Positions 16,099 to 25,411 of a DNA stretch of 61,963 nucleotides are shown one piece after another. The notes under the pieces are model-generated. The model made no database searches. It was not told the origin of the DNA and saw only the letters and a program-made list of their open reading frames with translations. Location of the stretch: positions 1-61,963 of the forward strand of contig JAFGJL010000077.1 in assembly GCA_016929115.1 (NCBI GenBank), in the 5' to 3' direction. The translations under genes were made by a program, and so were the position numbers. The stretch comes from Candidatus Omnitrophota bacterium (GTDB taxonomy: Bacteria; Omnitrophota; Gorgyraeia; 2-01-FULL-45-10). Every line of letters begins with the position of its first letter. Position 1 is the first letter of the stretch.

Positions 16099-16764
16099 TT
16101 AGTAATATATCTCTTCTTCCGAGACCACCTTGCCGTTCTCATCATACTTGCGTATTATCTTTTTTCTCGTGCCATCCGGAGTCGTCTCATACTGCGGTTG
16201 GACGGATTGCTGTACAGAGGTCTGCTGGGAAGGTATGCGGCGATAGACCCTCCCCCTTCTCTGGCTGGAAGGCTGGGTAAGCGTGTCTAGGAGCGCGTTG
16301 CCTATAACCGAGGTTCCGGCCCCGATGAGCGCGCCTTTACCCGCGTCCCCTCCCGATACGCCGGCGGCGATTGCGCCTGTGCCGGCGCCGACCAATCCCT
16401 GCTTCAAGATCTTTTGCGAGCTCGACTCTTGCGGCGGCTCTTCGTAATACTCCTCCGGCGCGTCCGTATAATAGTAGTCATCCGGCGGCGGGGCGCTCCT
16501 TCTGTAAGTGGAGCGCGGCGGAGCCGTAAGCGCGTCCAGAAGGGCGCTTCCTATGACCGCGGTGCCGGCGCCCACAAGCGCTCCCTGCCCGGCCTTGCCG
16601 CCCGACGCGCTCGCCGATATCGCGCCGACGCCGGCGCCCAGGAGGCCCTGCTTCAGCACCTGACGCGTAGAATCATCGTCCTGCGCATAGGCCGCGTTCG
16701 CCGGCATAAGCATCGCGGAGGCAACGGCCAGCGATATGCACCATATAAAATATTTTAACTTCAT
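16099..16764 (-). CDS. secreted glycine-zipper protein with internal duplication
   Basis: Start moved to the Met preceded by GGAGGG. Signal peptide MKLKYFIWCISLAVASAMLMPANAAYA. Two copies of LKQGL.GAG.GAI.A..SGG.AG.GAL.GAGT.VIG.ALLD.LT. Confidence 0.7.
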   Translation of the reverse strand: MKLKYFIWCISLAVASAMLMPANAAYAQDDDSTRQVLKQGLLGAGVGAISASASGGKAGQGALVGAGTAVIGSALLDALTAPPRSTYRRSAPPPDDYYYTDAPEEYYEEPPQESSSQKILKQGLVGAGTGAIAAGVSGGDAGKGALIGAGTSVIGNALLDTLTQPSSQRRGRVYRRIPSQQTSVQQSVQPQYETTPDGTRKKIIRKYDENGKVVSEEEIYY

Positions 16765-16806
16765 CCTGTGACCCTCCGTTATCCCTGAAACAGTCATTCC
16801 ATCTAC

Positions 16807-16835
16807 ACTATACTTAAAAGGGCCCTGAAGTTCAA
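16807..16835 (-). promoter_or_regulatory. sigma70-type promoter TTGAAC-17-TATAGT
   Basis: Read on the minus strand, about 40 nt upstream of the 16764 start. Confidence 0.4.
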
Positions 16836-16882
16836 GGAAAAACTCTTTCTCTGCGCTCAATGTATTAGACAGCGATCGGGCC

Positions 16883-18382
16883 TTAAAAGTTCCCCCGGCT
16901 TAAGAGTTCTTTCTGAAAGATATTGTCAAGGCCCAGGATGCAGGCCGGATCGAGCGCCTTCTTGATCCGCACCATCTCGAGAATGCCTTCCCGGCCGTAC
17001 ATCTCTTCCAGATACCTGTGCTTTATCTTGCCGATGCCGTGTTCAGCTGAGACCGTCCCTCCGAGCGAGACGCCTTTTTTGACAAAAGCAAGCGCCATAT
17101 CCCTGGCCGCGGCAAGCTCGCGCTCTGACTTCGGCAGCAGATTGACGTGGACGTGGCTTTCTCCCATGTGGCCGAAGACGACGTGCTGGATATCGCTTTT
17201 TTCGAGCGCTTCCCTGTAAAACCTCATCATCTCCAGGAAACGGCTGTCCGGCACCGCTATGTCGTTGCTTATCTTCGCGAAACCGCTCTTCCTGACCATC
17301 TCATTAACGGCCTCCGGTATCAGATAGCGGAATCCGCTGAACTCGTCCACCTCCTTCTCGTTCATCGCCACCCACGTATCATCGACGGAGGCGTTATGCC
17401 TGGTGATGAATTTCGCCCACCGCTCCACGACATCGCCTTCCCTCCCCTCTTCGACCTCTTGCTCTATGAATATCGCCGCGGCGGCGTTTTGAGGGACGTT
17501 CACATTATTCTTCCGGAGGATCCCTACGGCTTCCGTGCCGAAATACTCTATGGACAATATATCGAGGATAAGCCCGTCCTGCGCTATCTTCCGCCTGCAC
17601 GCTGAGCGCATATCGTCGGCAAAAAGCCATGCGTCCTCTTCCTTCGCGAAGAAAACAAAACAGCTCAATATCCTGGCCGGTTTTTTGACCAGCCCCAGCT
17701 CCACCTCCCCTATCACGGAGAGGGTGCCTTCCTGGCCGATAAAGAGGTCGATCAGGTCCATCCCGTCCTTAGCGTAATAACCCGCCGCGTTCTTAACGTC
17801 GGCCGGCATCTTATATGAAGGCAGCGGCACAGTGATAGCCGTGCCGTCATCAAGCCGGATCACCGGGTCGTTTTTGGTCAGGAACCTCTCGCCGCGCCTG
17901 ACCTCTAATATGCTGCCGTTCGAGAGGACCATCTTGAGCCGCTTTACATAGCGCCTCGTAGGGCCGTATTTAAAGGAACGCGCGCCGGAAGCGTTGGTGG
18001 CGACCGTTCCTCCTACGAATGCCGTCTTCTCCGTAGGGTGGCACATGTAGAAGAGGCCTTCTTTCTCGGAGGCCAGCTTAAGGTCCTCAACCGTCACGCC
18101 GGCCTCGACCAGCGCGGACATCTTCTCTCTTGAGATACCGATGACCTTTTTCAGGCGCTCCATCGATATGACCGTCCCGCCGAAGGGGACCCTCGAGCCT
18201 GTAGTGGTTGTGCCGCCGCCTGATATGGTAACAGGGGCCTTCCTGCCGCAAGCCTCCTTCAATACCGCGGACAACTCCTGAAGGTTTTCCGGCACATAAA
18301 CAGCGTCGGCGTTGCCGCCTTTAAGGTTGGAGCTGTCCTCGAAATAGGCCTGTATGGTATCCGGATCTTTTTTTATAAGCAT
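16883..18382 (-). CDS. FAD-linked oxidase (GlcD / D-lactate dehydrogenase family)
   Basis: N-terminal FAD-binding PCMH-type domain (VTISGGGTTTTGS) and a C-terminal FAD-oxidase domain (GGTVSAEHGIGK). Confidence 0.85.
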   Translation of the reverse strand: MLIKKDPDTIQAYFEDSSNLKGGNADAVYVPENLQELSAVLKEACGRKAPVTISGGGTTTTGSRVPFGGTVISMERLKKVIGISREKMSALVEAGVTVEDLKLASEKEGLFYMCHPTEKTAFVGGTVATNASGARSFKYGPTRRYVKRLKMVLSNGSILEVRRGERFLTKNDPVIRLDDGTAITVPLPSYKMPADVKNAAGYYAKDGMDLIDLFIGQEGTLSVIGEVELGLVKKPARILSCFVFFAKEEDAWLFADDMRSACRRKIAQDGLILDILSIEYFGTEAVGILRKNNVNVPQNAAAAIFIEQEVEEGREGDVVERWAKFITRHNASVDDTWVAMNEKEVDEFSGFRYLIPEAVNEMVRKSGFAKISNDIAVPDSRFLEMMRFYREALEKSDIQHVVFGHMGESHVHVNLLPKSERELAAARDMALAFVKKGVSLGGTVSAEHGIGKIKHRYLEEMYGREGILEMVRIKKALDPACILGLDNIFQKELLSRGNF

Positions 18383-18456
18383 AATATACCACCGTTTAAC
18401 GAAGCGGACTTGTCCGCCGAAGCATACTGTCTATTGCTTATTGAATGCGAAGGCGG

Positions 18457-18486
18457 ATAAAATAAAGGGACGGTTTTTCCGCTAAA
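18457..18486 (-). terminator. intrinsic terminator after the 139-aa glycine-zipper gene
   Basis: agggacggttt pairs with aaaccgtccct. A T-rich tract follows on the minus strand. Confidence 0.65.
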
Positions 18487-18534
18487 ACCGTCCCTTTAGA
18501 CTTTCGCGTTCCTCCCCGATAACAACAGGGCGCT

Positions 18535-18954
18535 TTAATTCGATACTTCCTTCTCGGATATCACGTTGCCGTCGGCGTCGTATTCGCGTATGACCCTCTT
18601 CTTGATCTTCGAGCCCTCCGGCGCCGGCGCCTCTGTCGCGCGCGGCTGCCTGTAATCCGGAGGCGGGGGCTCGCGGTACTGCCTCTCTTGCGCGTCTTTA
18701 CTCGCTCCCATCAACGCGCCGCCGACAGCCCCGATGCCGGCGCCTATAGCCGCGCCCTTGCCCGCGTAGCCCGAACCGCTGCCTATCGCCGCGCCAAGGC
18801 CCGCGCCCAGCAGGCCGCCCATGACCGTGCTGCCAAGGACATTGCTCCCACCGCCGGACCTGCCGCTATCGTCGTCATAATCCTCGCCGTAAGCGACAGC
18901 CGCTGCCGTCAAACCGAAGATAACGACAACCGCATACACCATATACTTTTTCAT
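18535..18954 (-). CDS. secreted glycine-zipper protein (paralogue-like of 16099..16764)
   Basis: Signal peptide, a GLLGAGLGAAIGSGSGYAGKGAAIGAGIGAVGGALMG zipper, and a C-terminal KKRVIREYDADGNVISEKEV motif shared with the other gene. Confidence 0.7.
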   Translation of the reverse strand: MKKYMVYAVVVIFGLTAAAVAYGEDYDDDSGRSGGGSNVLGSTVMGGLLGAGLGAAIGSGSGYAGKGAAIGAGIGAVGGALMGASKDAQERQYREPPPPDYRQPRATEAPAPEGSKIKKRVIREYDADGNVISEKEVSN

Positions 18955-18979
18955 GCGCTCCTCCGTAATAGACTATTTT

Positions 18980-19008
18980 AGTATACCGAGAAAAGAGCGA
19001 ATTGACAA
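18980..19008 (-). promoter_or_regulatory. sigma70-type promoter TTGTCA-17-TATACT
   Basis: Read on the minus strand. The leader of about 20 nt contains GGAGG. Confidence 0.45.
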
Positions 19009-19148
19009 GACCAAAATGGGGCCGGCCGGGCCGACAAAAAATCCGCGCGCTTCCACGGTATGCGTATCATACCAGTGGACGCACGCGGACACGCGACCTT
19101 TGGCCCCCCGCAACATCACCGCAAAGAAGGCATCATATCAGCGAAATG

Positions 19149-19514
19149 TTATTCGCCGATATGGCCAAGCGCTTCTTTGAGCTGTTGCTTCTGCCACTCG
19201 GTCTTAAAATCTGATCTCTTTTTATCAGACTCCGATGTCTTTAGCGGCGGTTGGACCGCATTGTACACGGAGCCGGTGCTGACAATGCCCTGATGATGCT
19301 GTGAGCAGATAAGCGAAAAAGCTCCCGCACAGACCAGGAAGACCAAAGCCAAACCCACAACAACACCCTTGCCGTAATTGCGGACCCTCTTCGTGGTGCA
19401 TTTCATATCTATACCCGACGTGATATTGCCGGAAAGATATTCGTCCACGATATCAATGGCATCGGTCTTATTTTCAGCTTCCGTGATCAATTTAATGATT
19501 GTTTTGAACTTCAT
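19149..19514 (-). CDS. hypothetical single-pass membrane protein
   Basis: ORF with a central TM helix VVVGLALVFLVCAGAFSLI and its own promoter upstream. Confidence 0.55.
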   Translation of the reverse strand: MKFKTIIKLITEAENKTDAIDIVDEYLSGNITSGIDMKCTTKRVRNYGKGVVVGLALVFLVCAGAFSLICSQHHQGIVSTGSVYNAVQPPLKTSESDKKRSDFKTEWQKQQLKEALGHIGE

Positions 19515-19544
19515 ACTTTCTTTCCTTTTAACGTTACAGCGTTA

Positions 19545-19573
19545 AGTATACCTTGATTTAACATTGCAGTCAA
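19545..19573 (-). promoter_or_regulatory. sigma70-type promoter TTGACT-17-TATACT
   Basis: Read on the minus strand, about 25 nt upstream of the ATG at 19514. Confidence 0.45.
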
Positions 19574-19698
19574 GTTACAAAACAAACTATTTTATATTCT
19601 AACGAAAAAAAATAATATATTAGCTTCTAGTAATTTAATGCGGGATTATTTCTGATAAACTGCGTAGGATAATCCGAGGAAGTCCCTGAAGTTTCTCG

Positions 19699-20271
19699 TC
19701 ACGCTATCTTTGCGAGCGACTCGCCCAACTCATATGCTTTCGCGAGCATCTCATCCCGGATCCTGGCGTCCTTTCCGCTCATGTTGGCGCCGCGGAAAAA
19801 GAGTTCACCGGAATATTCGATATTAAGCACGGCAAAAACTATCTTTATGATCTTTTTCGCGCTCTCAAAATATTCCGCTGTGTCCATGCCGCCGACGCAC
19901 AGAAAGGCGCCCTTACGCTTACGCGCGGGCGCCTTTTTCAGCACGTACTTAAGGACCCAGAGCGCCTGCATCCTGTCTATCATCATCTTCAGCTGGGCGC
20001 TCAGGGTTCCGAAGAATACGGGAGAAGCCATTATGATCGAGTCCGCGGCCTGTAATTTGCCATACACCGGTTTCAGGTCGTCTTCCAGGACGCATATGCC
20101 GGCCTTATCGCAGCCGCCGCAATCGATGCAGGGCCTGAAAACAAGGTCGTTCAGGACGATCTTCTCGGTCTCTGCGCCGGCCGCTGCCGCTCCTTCTAGA
20201 GCCCTGTCAAGCAGAAGGTCGGTCAGGCCGCCTTTTTTGGGAGTCCCGCTGATAGCCAGGACTTTCATCAT
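19699..20271 (-). CDS. flavodoxin-fold FMN reductase / iron-sulfur flavoprotein-like protein
   Basis: MKVLAISGTPKKGG flavodoxin-like N-terminus plus a Cys cluster CIDCGGCDKAGIC. Confidence 0.7.
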   Translation of the reverse strand: MMKVLAISGTPKKGGLTDLLLDRALEGAAAAGAETEKIVLNDLVFRPCIDCGGCDKAGICVLEDDLKPVYGKLQAADSIIMASPVFFGTLSAQLKMMIDRMQALWVLKYVLKKAPARKRKGAFLCVGGMDTAEYFESAKKIIKIVFAVLNIEYSGELFFRGANMSGKDARIRDEMLAKAYELGESLAKIA

Positions 20272-20289
20272 ATAAGCCGGGGCCGCTTC

Positions 20290-20472
20290 TTACTTCACCA
20301 ATATCGCGCTGACCGGGCACTGCTCGGCTATTTCCTTAAGGTCGCACGAAGCGCAGTCGTCCTTTATCACATGCGCGAGGTTGTCGTCCCCTATCTCAAA
20401 ACAATCCGGACAATTTGAAGAGCAAAGTCCGCATCCGGTGCACAGCGATTCATCTATCACTATCTTTGCCAT
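20290..20472 (-). CDS. small 4Fe-4S ferredoxin
   Basis: CTGCGLCSSNCP plus a distal C...CP. Length 60 aa. Confidence 0.75.
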   Translation of the reverse strand: MAKIVIDESLCTGCGLCSSNCPDCFEIGDDNLAHVIKDDCASCDLKEIAEQCPVSAILVK

Positions 20473-20482
20473 ACCCCCTCCT

Positions 20483-20893
20483 TTATATGCGATATACGCT
20501 ATCCCCTATCCTCACGCGGGATTTGACCAGAAGCCCTATCTCCTGGCCTTTCCTCCCCTCCTGTACCGGGACACGGTCGAGCTGGATCGACATGACCTTC
20601 TCCTTGAAATTGGTCGTGTGGCCCTTCAGGTAGATCTCGTCGCCTATCTTGAGGCTGTCCTTCATGATCATCACCGCGGCTGCCCTTACTTTGGGGAAAT
20701 AATGCGTCACCTCCCCGATCTTCTCGAGAGTCGCCTCCGGCGTCCTCAGGCGGCCCAGGCCCTTTCTTTTGGCGGGCGCCGCCTTTTTCTTCCTGGCGGC
20801 GCGCTTCGGCGCCTTCCTCCTGGCTGTCTTCTTCACGCGGGGTTTCGTCCGTTTCTTGCGGATGCTTGCCTTTTTACGCGCCATACAGGGCAC
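20483..20893 (-). CDS. translation-factor domain-II-like beta-barrel protein with a 50-aa Lys/Arg-rich N-terminal tail
   Basis: The C-terminal 85 aa (IGEVTHYFPKVRAAAVMI...IGDEIYLKGHTT...IGDSVYRI) resemble elongation-factor-like small proteins. The N-terminus is ARKKASIRKKRTKPRVKKTARRKAPKRAARKKK. Confidence 0.6.
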   Translation of the reverse strand: MPCMARKKASIRKKRTKPRVKKTARRKAPKRAARKKKAAPAKRKGLGRLRTPEATLEKIGEVTHYFPKVRAAAVMIMKDSLKIGDEIYLKGHTTNFKEKVMSIQLDRVPVQEGRKGQEIGLLVKSRVRIGDSVYRI

Positions 20894-20932
20894 CTCCTTT
20901 TGCGTATATTATATTATCCGCTATAGCTATTT

Positions 20933-21592
20933 TCAAGCACTTTTAAATCCCTTTAGGGGACAGGCGCCGCACCGCGGCCTCTTCCTGCAAAATTCTTTCC
21001 CCAGCGCGACTATAAGCGCGTGATATTCGTTGAACATGGCCGGATCGTGGGCCAAGGCGTCCATGAAGAACGTCTGCGCGTCGTGGTAGTCGGCCTTTTC
21101 GCCGAAAAGATGATGGCGTGAAAATATACGCTTGGTATAAGCGTCGACGACAAAAACGGGTTTTTCGAACGCGTAAAGAAGTATCGAATCGCAGGTCTCC
21201 GGCCCTATCCCGTTGACCGCCAGCAGTTCTTTTCTCAGGTCTTCCGTAGGACGGCGGGAGGCCCTGTTCAGGCTGCCGGCGTAATTGGAAAAAAGATAGC
21301 GGATGAAATTCTTTAGCCGCTTCGCTTTGATATTGTAATACCCTGCGGGCCTGATAAGCCGGGCAAGGTCTTTATGCGGGATCTTCCTAAGCGCAGCGGG
21401 CGAAAGGAGCCGGGCCTTCCTGATGTTGGCTATCGCCTTTTCAACATTGGTCCAGGCAGTGTTCTGGGTCAGTATGGCGCCCACTATGACCTCAAAGCGC
21501 GTCCTGCCCGGCCACCACTCCTGCGGGCCGTAATGGCTATAAAGCCGTTCGTAGATATCCAAGAGCGTTTTTCGTTGCTTTCGCAAAGCCAT
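20933..21592 (-). CDS. endonuclease III-related HhH-GPD family protein
   Basis: HhH region LLAVNGIGPETCDSILLYA. C-terminal Cys motif CRKRPRCGACPL. Start trimmed to the Met of MALRKQRK. Confidence 0.75.
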   Translation of the reverse strand: MALRKQRKTLLDIYERLYSHYGPQEWWPGRTRFEVIVGAILTQNTAWTNVEKAIANIRKARLLSPAALRKIPHKDLARLIRPAGYYNIKAKRLKNFIRYLFSNYAGSLNRASRRPTEDLRKELLAVNGIGPETCDSILLYAFEKPVFVVDAYTKRIFSRHHLFGEKADYHDAQTFFMDALAHDPAMFNEYHALIVALGKEFCRKRPRCGACPLKGFKSA

Positions 21593-21688
21593 TTTTACCG
21601 CCCCGCGATCTGTTGATAAAAAAAGGCGCCCCCATTCTGTCATCCCGCTGAACGAGGGCGCCCCTTTAGCCTGTCTCGCCAAGAACTA

Positions 21689-22723
21689 TTAACCTTTTTC
21701 GCTCTTTATCTCGTCGATCGCTGCCCGAGCCGCTTTTCTCACTTTTGTGCTCTCGTCGGTCAGCAGGGGCTCGAGATCCTTGACGAACTCCTGATCGCCG
21801 ATCCTGGCCAGGGACTTTATAGCAGCGACCCTCACGTCTATCATCTCGTCCCTAAGGAGTTTCTTGAGAGTCGGGACGACGTCGTTGCCGCCGATATCGC
21901 CAAGCGCCGTGACGGCCTCGCACCTCATCTCCTTATAATCCCTTTCCGCTATCTTGATGAGGCTCGGGATCGAGCTCGGATCGCGCACCGCCCCTAATGC
22001 CTTGAGCGCCTCCTTGCGGACTTTCAAGTTCCTGTCGTCAAGAAGCGCGTTCAGGGCCGGCAGGGCCGCCCTGTTTCCTATCTTGCCCAATGCCACAGCC
22101 ACGCTCAGGCGAACGTTATCATTGTGATCACTGACAAGCTGCGAGAGCTCATCCATGGACTTCTCTTCCTTTATGTCGCCAAGCCCGTCGATAGCCGCTA
22201 TCCTGACCCTGACATCGGAATCGCCAAGCAGCCTGATAAATACATCGCTCATCTCCGGGTCTTTTATCTGTTGGAGGGAACGGGCGGCGAGGTACCTCAC
22301 TTCCGCGTCAAAATCAGAGAGCGCTTCCTTAAGCGCGTCGACCGCCCTTTTATCGCCGATCCTGCCGAGAGACCGCGCGGCTGCCCGGCGTATTTTCACG
22401 TTCGAATCACTGAGCGCCGCTGTTATGGCATCGATTGCGGCGGGGCTCTTGATGTCCCCCAGTATCTCCATGACCAGGATCCTTAGGCTCACCTTTTCGG
22501 CCGGGCTTTTCGCCGCTTCCGACAGCATAGGCACCGCGTCATCCCCGAGCGAAACGAGCTCGACCGTCGCGTCATGCTCGGTTCTCTTGTCTTTAAGGAG
22601 CATGATGTTCTTCTTGACTGTGGATTTGGCGCTTACGCCTTCATAGCATAACGCCGGCACGCATAGCGCTATGGCCAGGACAGCCGCAAAGCAGAACGAT
22701 AAAACCCTTGACGCCTTTCCCAT
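21689..22723 (-). CDS. secreted HEAT-repeat (PBS-lyase-type) protein
   Basis: Repeated motif .D....VR..A..ALG.IGD..A...L. Start trimmed to MGKASRVLSF (signal peptide), which removes the overlap with lpxA. Confidence 0.7.
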   Translation of the reverse strand: MGKASRVLSFCFAAVLAIALCVPALCYEGVSAKSTVKKNIMLLKDKRTEHDATVELVSLGDDAVPMLSEAAKSPAEKVSLRILVMEILGDIKSPAAIDAITAALSDSNVKIRRAAARSLGRIGDKRAVDALKEALSDFDAEVRYLAARSLQQIKDPEMSDVFIRLLGDSDVRVRIAAIDGLGDIKEEKSMDELSQLVSDHNDNVRLSVAVALGKIGNRAALPALNALLDDRNLKVRKEALKALGAVRDPSSIPSLIKIAERDYKEMRCEAVTALGDIGGNDVVPTLKKLLRDEMIDVRVAAIKSLARIGDQEFVKDLEPLLTDESTKVRKAARAAIDEIKSEKG

Positions 22724-22742
22724 ATATCCTCCTGTTGTTGTC

Positions 22743-23537
22743 TTACCCGAAAAATTCCTCGTCGGTATTGGTATTCCTGCAAATGCCGCGCTTTGAGGAA
22801 GATATGAATGAAAGCAGGTTCTCGACCTCTTTGCAGGGCGGAAGTTTTTCGATCTCATCAACTGCCTGCCCTATATTAAAGTTAGAGCGATAGAGCAGGC
22901 TAAAGGCCTTATCGAGGGCATGTATCGACTCGCGCGCGATCTTCGCCCTGCGCAGGCCCACAAGGTTCAAACAACGGACAGCCGAAGGACCCCGAACGAG
23001 CATGTACGGCGGTACGTCCTTATTCACGCCGGTAAATCCGCCTATCATAGCAAGGGTCCCTATCCTGCAGAACTGGTGGATGACGACATTACCCGATATG
23101 AACGCGCTGTCGCCGACCTCGATGTAGCCGGCCAGCAGCGCGCCGTTGGCTATTATGACGTTATTTCCGATACTGCAATTATGGCCTACGTGGGAAACGG
23201 CCATCAGATAGCAATTATCGCCTATTACGGTAGATGTGTCCTCTTTGGTCCCGCGGTGTATGGTGGCGTATTCCCTTATAACGGTCTTCTTACCTATAAT
23301 AGTATATGTCTTTTTGTCCTCGAACGCCAGATCTTGCGGTATATTGCCTATGACGGCCCCCATATGGATATGGGTGCCTTCGCCTATCTTTGTGCCGCTG
23401 CAGATGTAGGCATGCGGCCATATCCTGACGCCCGGCCCTATCTCGACTTCATCCTCTATGATGCAGAAGGGGCCTATCTCGACATCCGGCGCTATCTTTG
23501 ACCGCCTGCTCACTATCGCGCGTTCGCTTATAGCCAT
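22743..23537 (-). CDS. lpxA: acyl-ACP--UDP-N-acetylglucosamine O-acyltransferase
   Basis: Hexapeptide-repeat beta-helix plus a C-terminal helical domain (RGPSAVRCLNLVGLRRA) typical of LpxA. Confidence 0.9.
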   Translation of the reverse strand: MAISERAIVSRRSKIAPDVEIGPFCIIEDEVEIGPGVRIWPHAYICSGTKIGEGTHIHMGAVIGNIPQDLAFEDKKTYTIIGKKTVIREYATIHRGTKEDTSTVIGDNCYLMAVSHVGHNCSIGNNVIIANGALLAGYIEVGDSAFISGNVVIHQFCRIGTLAMIGGFTGVNKDVPPYMLVRGPSAVRCLNLVGLRRAKIARESIHALDKAFSLLYRSNFNIGQAVDEIEKLPPCKEVENLLSFISSSKRGICRNTNTDEEFFG

Positions 23538-23546
23538 ATCTGATGT

Positions 23547-23575
23547 ATTGTATTTCGTTGGCGGGGAAAAGTCAA
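23547..23575 (-). promoter_or_regulatory. sigma70-type promoter TTGACT-17-TACAAT, 9 nt from the lpxA ATG
   Basis: The minus strand reads ttgact-N17-tacaat acatcagat ATG. There is no SD. Confidence 0.35.
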
Positions 23576-23576
23576 A

Positions 23577-23612
23577 TAAAAACCCCGCCCTTTCGTAAGA
23601 AAGGGCGGGGTT
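23577..23612 (-). terminator. intrinsic terminator after the outer-membrane protein gene
   Basis: ccccgcccttt pairs with aaagggcgggg. A T-run follows on the minus strand. Confidence 0.8.
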
Positions 23613-23634
23613 GGTAACGCTTATCCTGCTGACC

Positions 23635-25125
23635 TTAGAAGCTTACCTTCACAGTGCCGACGACGTCTGTAGCGGTCTTATCGGCATTGACGTAAACATC
23701 ACCGGGCACAAAGAACGCACCGAGGAGCCCAAAGCTGACGTCCTCAGTGTAGTCCCAATCTGCCGTAAGGTCCACTTCCTGGCCTATAAATCCACCATTG
23801 TGGATGTTGTCACCGACATTATAGAGGTAGTCGGCATAGGTCCAGAAGAGCAGGTACTTAGCCTGTAATGTCAGGCTCTCGACCGGCTGTATCGAACCGG
23901 TAAACGCGACCTGATGCTGGTTGGTGTATGACGCATCAGCGCAGCTGTTGATGTAGTTGGCTCTGGCCGGATAATCATAGCTGGCATAGTAGGTGCCGAC
24001 CCACTCGCGGATCGCCGAATCATACTTGCCTCTGAACATCCTGTCCCAACCATGCCACGTACCGGTGGCATTGTTCACGACCTGCTCATCGCTCGAACCG
24101 GAATACATGATGTACTCCGCTGCGAGTTTCGGCTTCCAAGCATACCTGTCCTGGAAGACTCTCCACTCGGCCGCAATGTCAAGGGCCCAAGCTGAGCGGT
24201 CTACTTCGTTCAACTGGGACCTGGAATTGATGACCGAACCGAACTGGTAAGCGCCTTCAGCCGCGATCGTGACAACGTCGATAGGATCGAAGCTGCCCCT
24301 CAAACCGAGGGTGTTGACGCTGTTTGAGCCCTTATTGCCGGCCCACTTCTCGACCTCCTGATCGTCCTTGTAGAACCAGTAAGCTTCGGCCTCTGCCCTA
24401 TACTGGTCGAACTTGTAACCTACGTTCACGCCCCACAGGTCGACATCGTCTGCCGGCGAGATCTCGTTCTCCCAGATCTTCGCGTACACGCCGGTGATCG
24501 TCCACGGATCGTAGTCGAGTACCGCCTTGATCGAGTCAAACGCGGTAGCTTCGCTGTACTCCGGGGCTCTCAGCCTGCCGTAGCCTGTGACAATAGCTTG
24601 GTTATACTGCGTCTGCGGCAGGTTCGCGCCGACGATGAAGCCCTTACCGAACCAGAGGTCCTGGCGACCGATGGTTACCGTCAAAGGCGAATAGATGAAC
24701 TCTTTCAACGTTACATAAGCAAGATCTACGTTAACGTTGAAATCGTTCATGTTTGCCACATAACCGCCATCCCCGTTAGGCTGCATGCCGGTGCCCTGAG
24801 CGATGGCCTTTGTCCTGACATCCCAGTCCCTTTCGTTGAAGAGCCTGATGCAGGTGGAGACGTTATCCGTCATATCCGCGTCGATCTGGACCGCAGCAAC
24901 CGTCATGAACCAGCTCTGTGGCGTACCGGGAACTCCGGTATCCGCAGTCAAACCGGTCCTGACAATGTCCGGCTCAGGTGTCGAGCCTCTGTAGTCATAG
25001 GCGCTCCTGAAGATGCCGCGCATCGTCAGGTCACCGCTGACCTTCACGCTCTGTGTCTCGGCGTAGGCCGCTCCTGCGAACAGGGCGACGAGCGCGAGCA
25101 CGCAAAGTACTCTTAAAACCTTCAT
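23635..25125 (-). CDS. outer-membrane beta-barrel protein (porin-like)
   Basis: Signal peptide MKVLRVLCVLALVALFAGAAYA. Alternating aromatic beta-strand pattern. C-terminal ...GTVKVSF. Confidence 0.75.
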   Translation of the reverse strand: MKVLRVLCVLALVALFAGAAYAETQSVKVSGDLTMRGIFRSAYDYRGSTPEPDIVRTGLTADTGVPGTPQSWFMTVAAVQIDADMTDNVSTCIRLFNERDWDVRTKAIAQGTGMQPNGDGGYVANMNDFNVNVDLAYVTLKEFIYSPLTVTIGRQDLWFGKGFIVGANLPQTQYNQAIVTGYGRLRAPEYSEATAFDSIKAVLDYDPWTITGVYAKIWENEISPADDVDLWGVNVGYKFDQYRAEAEAYWFYKDDQEVEKWAGNKGSNSVNTLGLRGSFDPIDVVTIAAEGAYQFGSVINSRSQLNEVDRSAWALDIAAEWRVFQDRYAWKPKLAAEYIMYSGSSDEQVVNNATGTWHGWDRMFRGKYDSAIREWVGTYYASYDYPARANYINSCADASYTNQHQVAFTGSIQPVESLTLQAKYLLFWTYADYLYNVGDNIHNGGFIGQEVDLTADWDYTEDVSFGLLGAFFVPGDVYVNADKTATDVVGTVKVSF

Positions 25126-25346
25126 TTAATCCTCCTTTAAGGATTATGTATGTACGATGTATTTATATTTATTTAGGGCTCATGTGCATCATTGAAACGT
25201 TTTTAACGAGCCCCTTCGAATATATCTTATATTGCTTTATCTACAATCACCACGTCTTGATAGTCTAGGGCTAGCTTGTCCACCACCTCCTCTTTCGCCA
25301 AGACTTAAACTATCTATGGTGTTATAGGCACACGTTATTGCTATAA

Positions 25347-25374
25347 AGTATACCACAGAATCTGCGAGTGTCAA
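25347..25374 (-). promoter_or_regulatory. sigma70-type promoter TTGACA-16-TATACT for the porin-like gene (about 215-nt leader)
   Basis: Read on the minus strand, at 25369..25374 and 25347..25352. Confidence 0.5.
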
Positions 25375-25411
25375 GGAGAATTTAACTTTTTATTCCTAAC
25401 TATTCTCCTAA

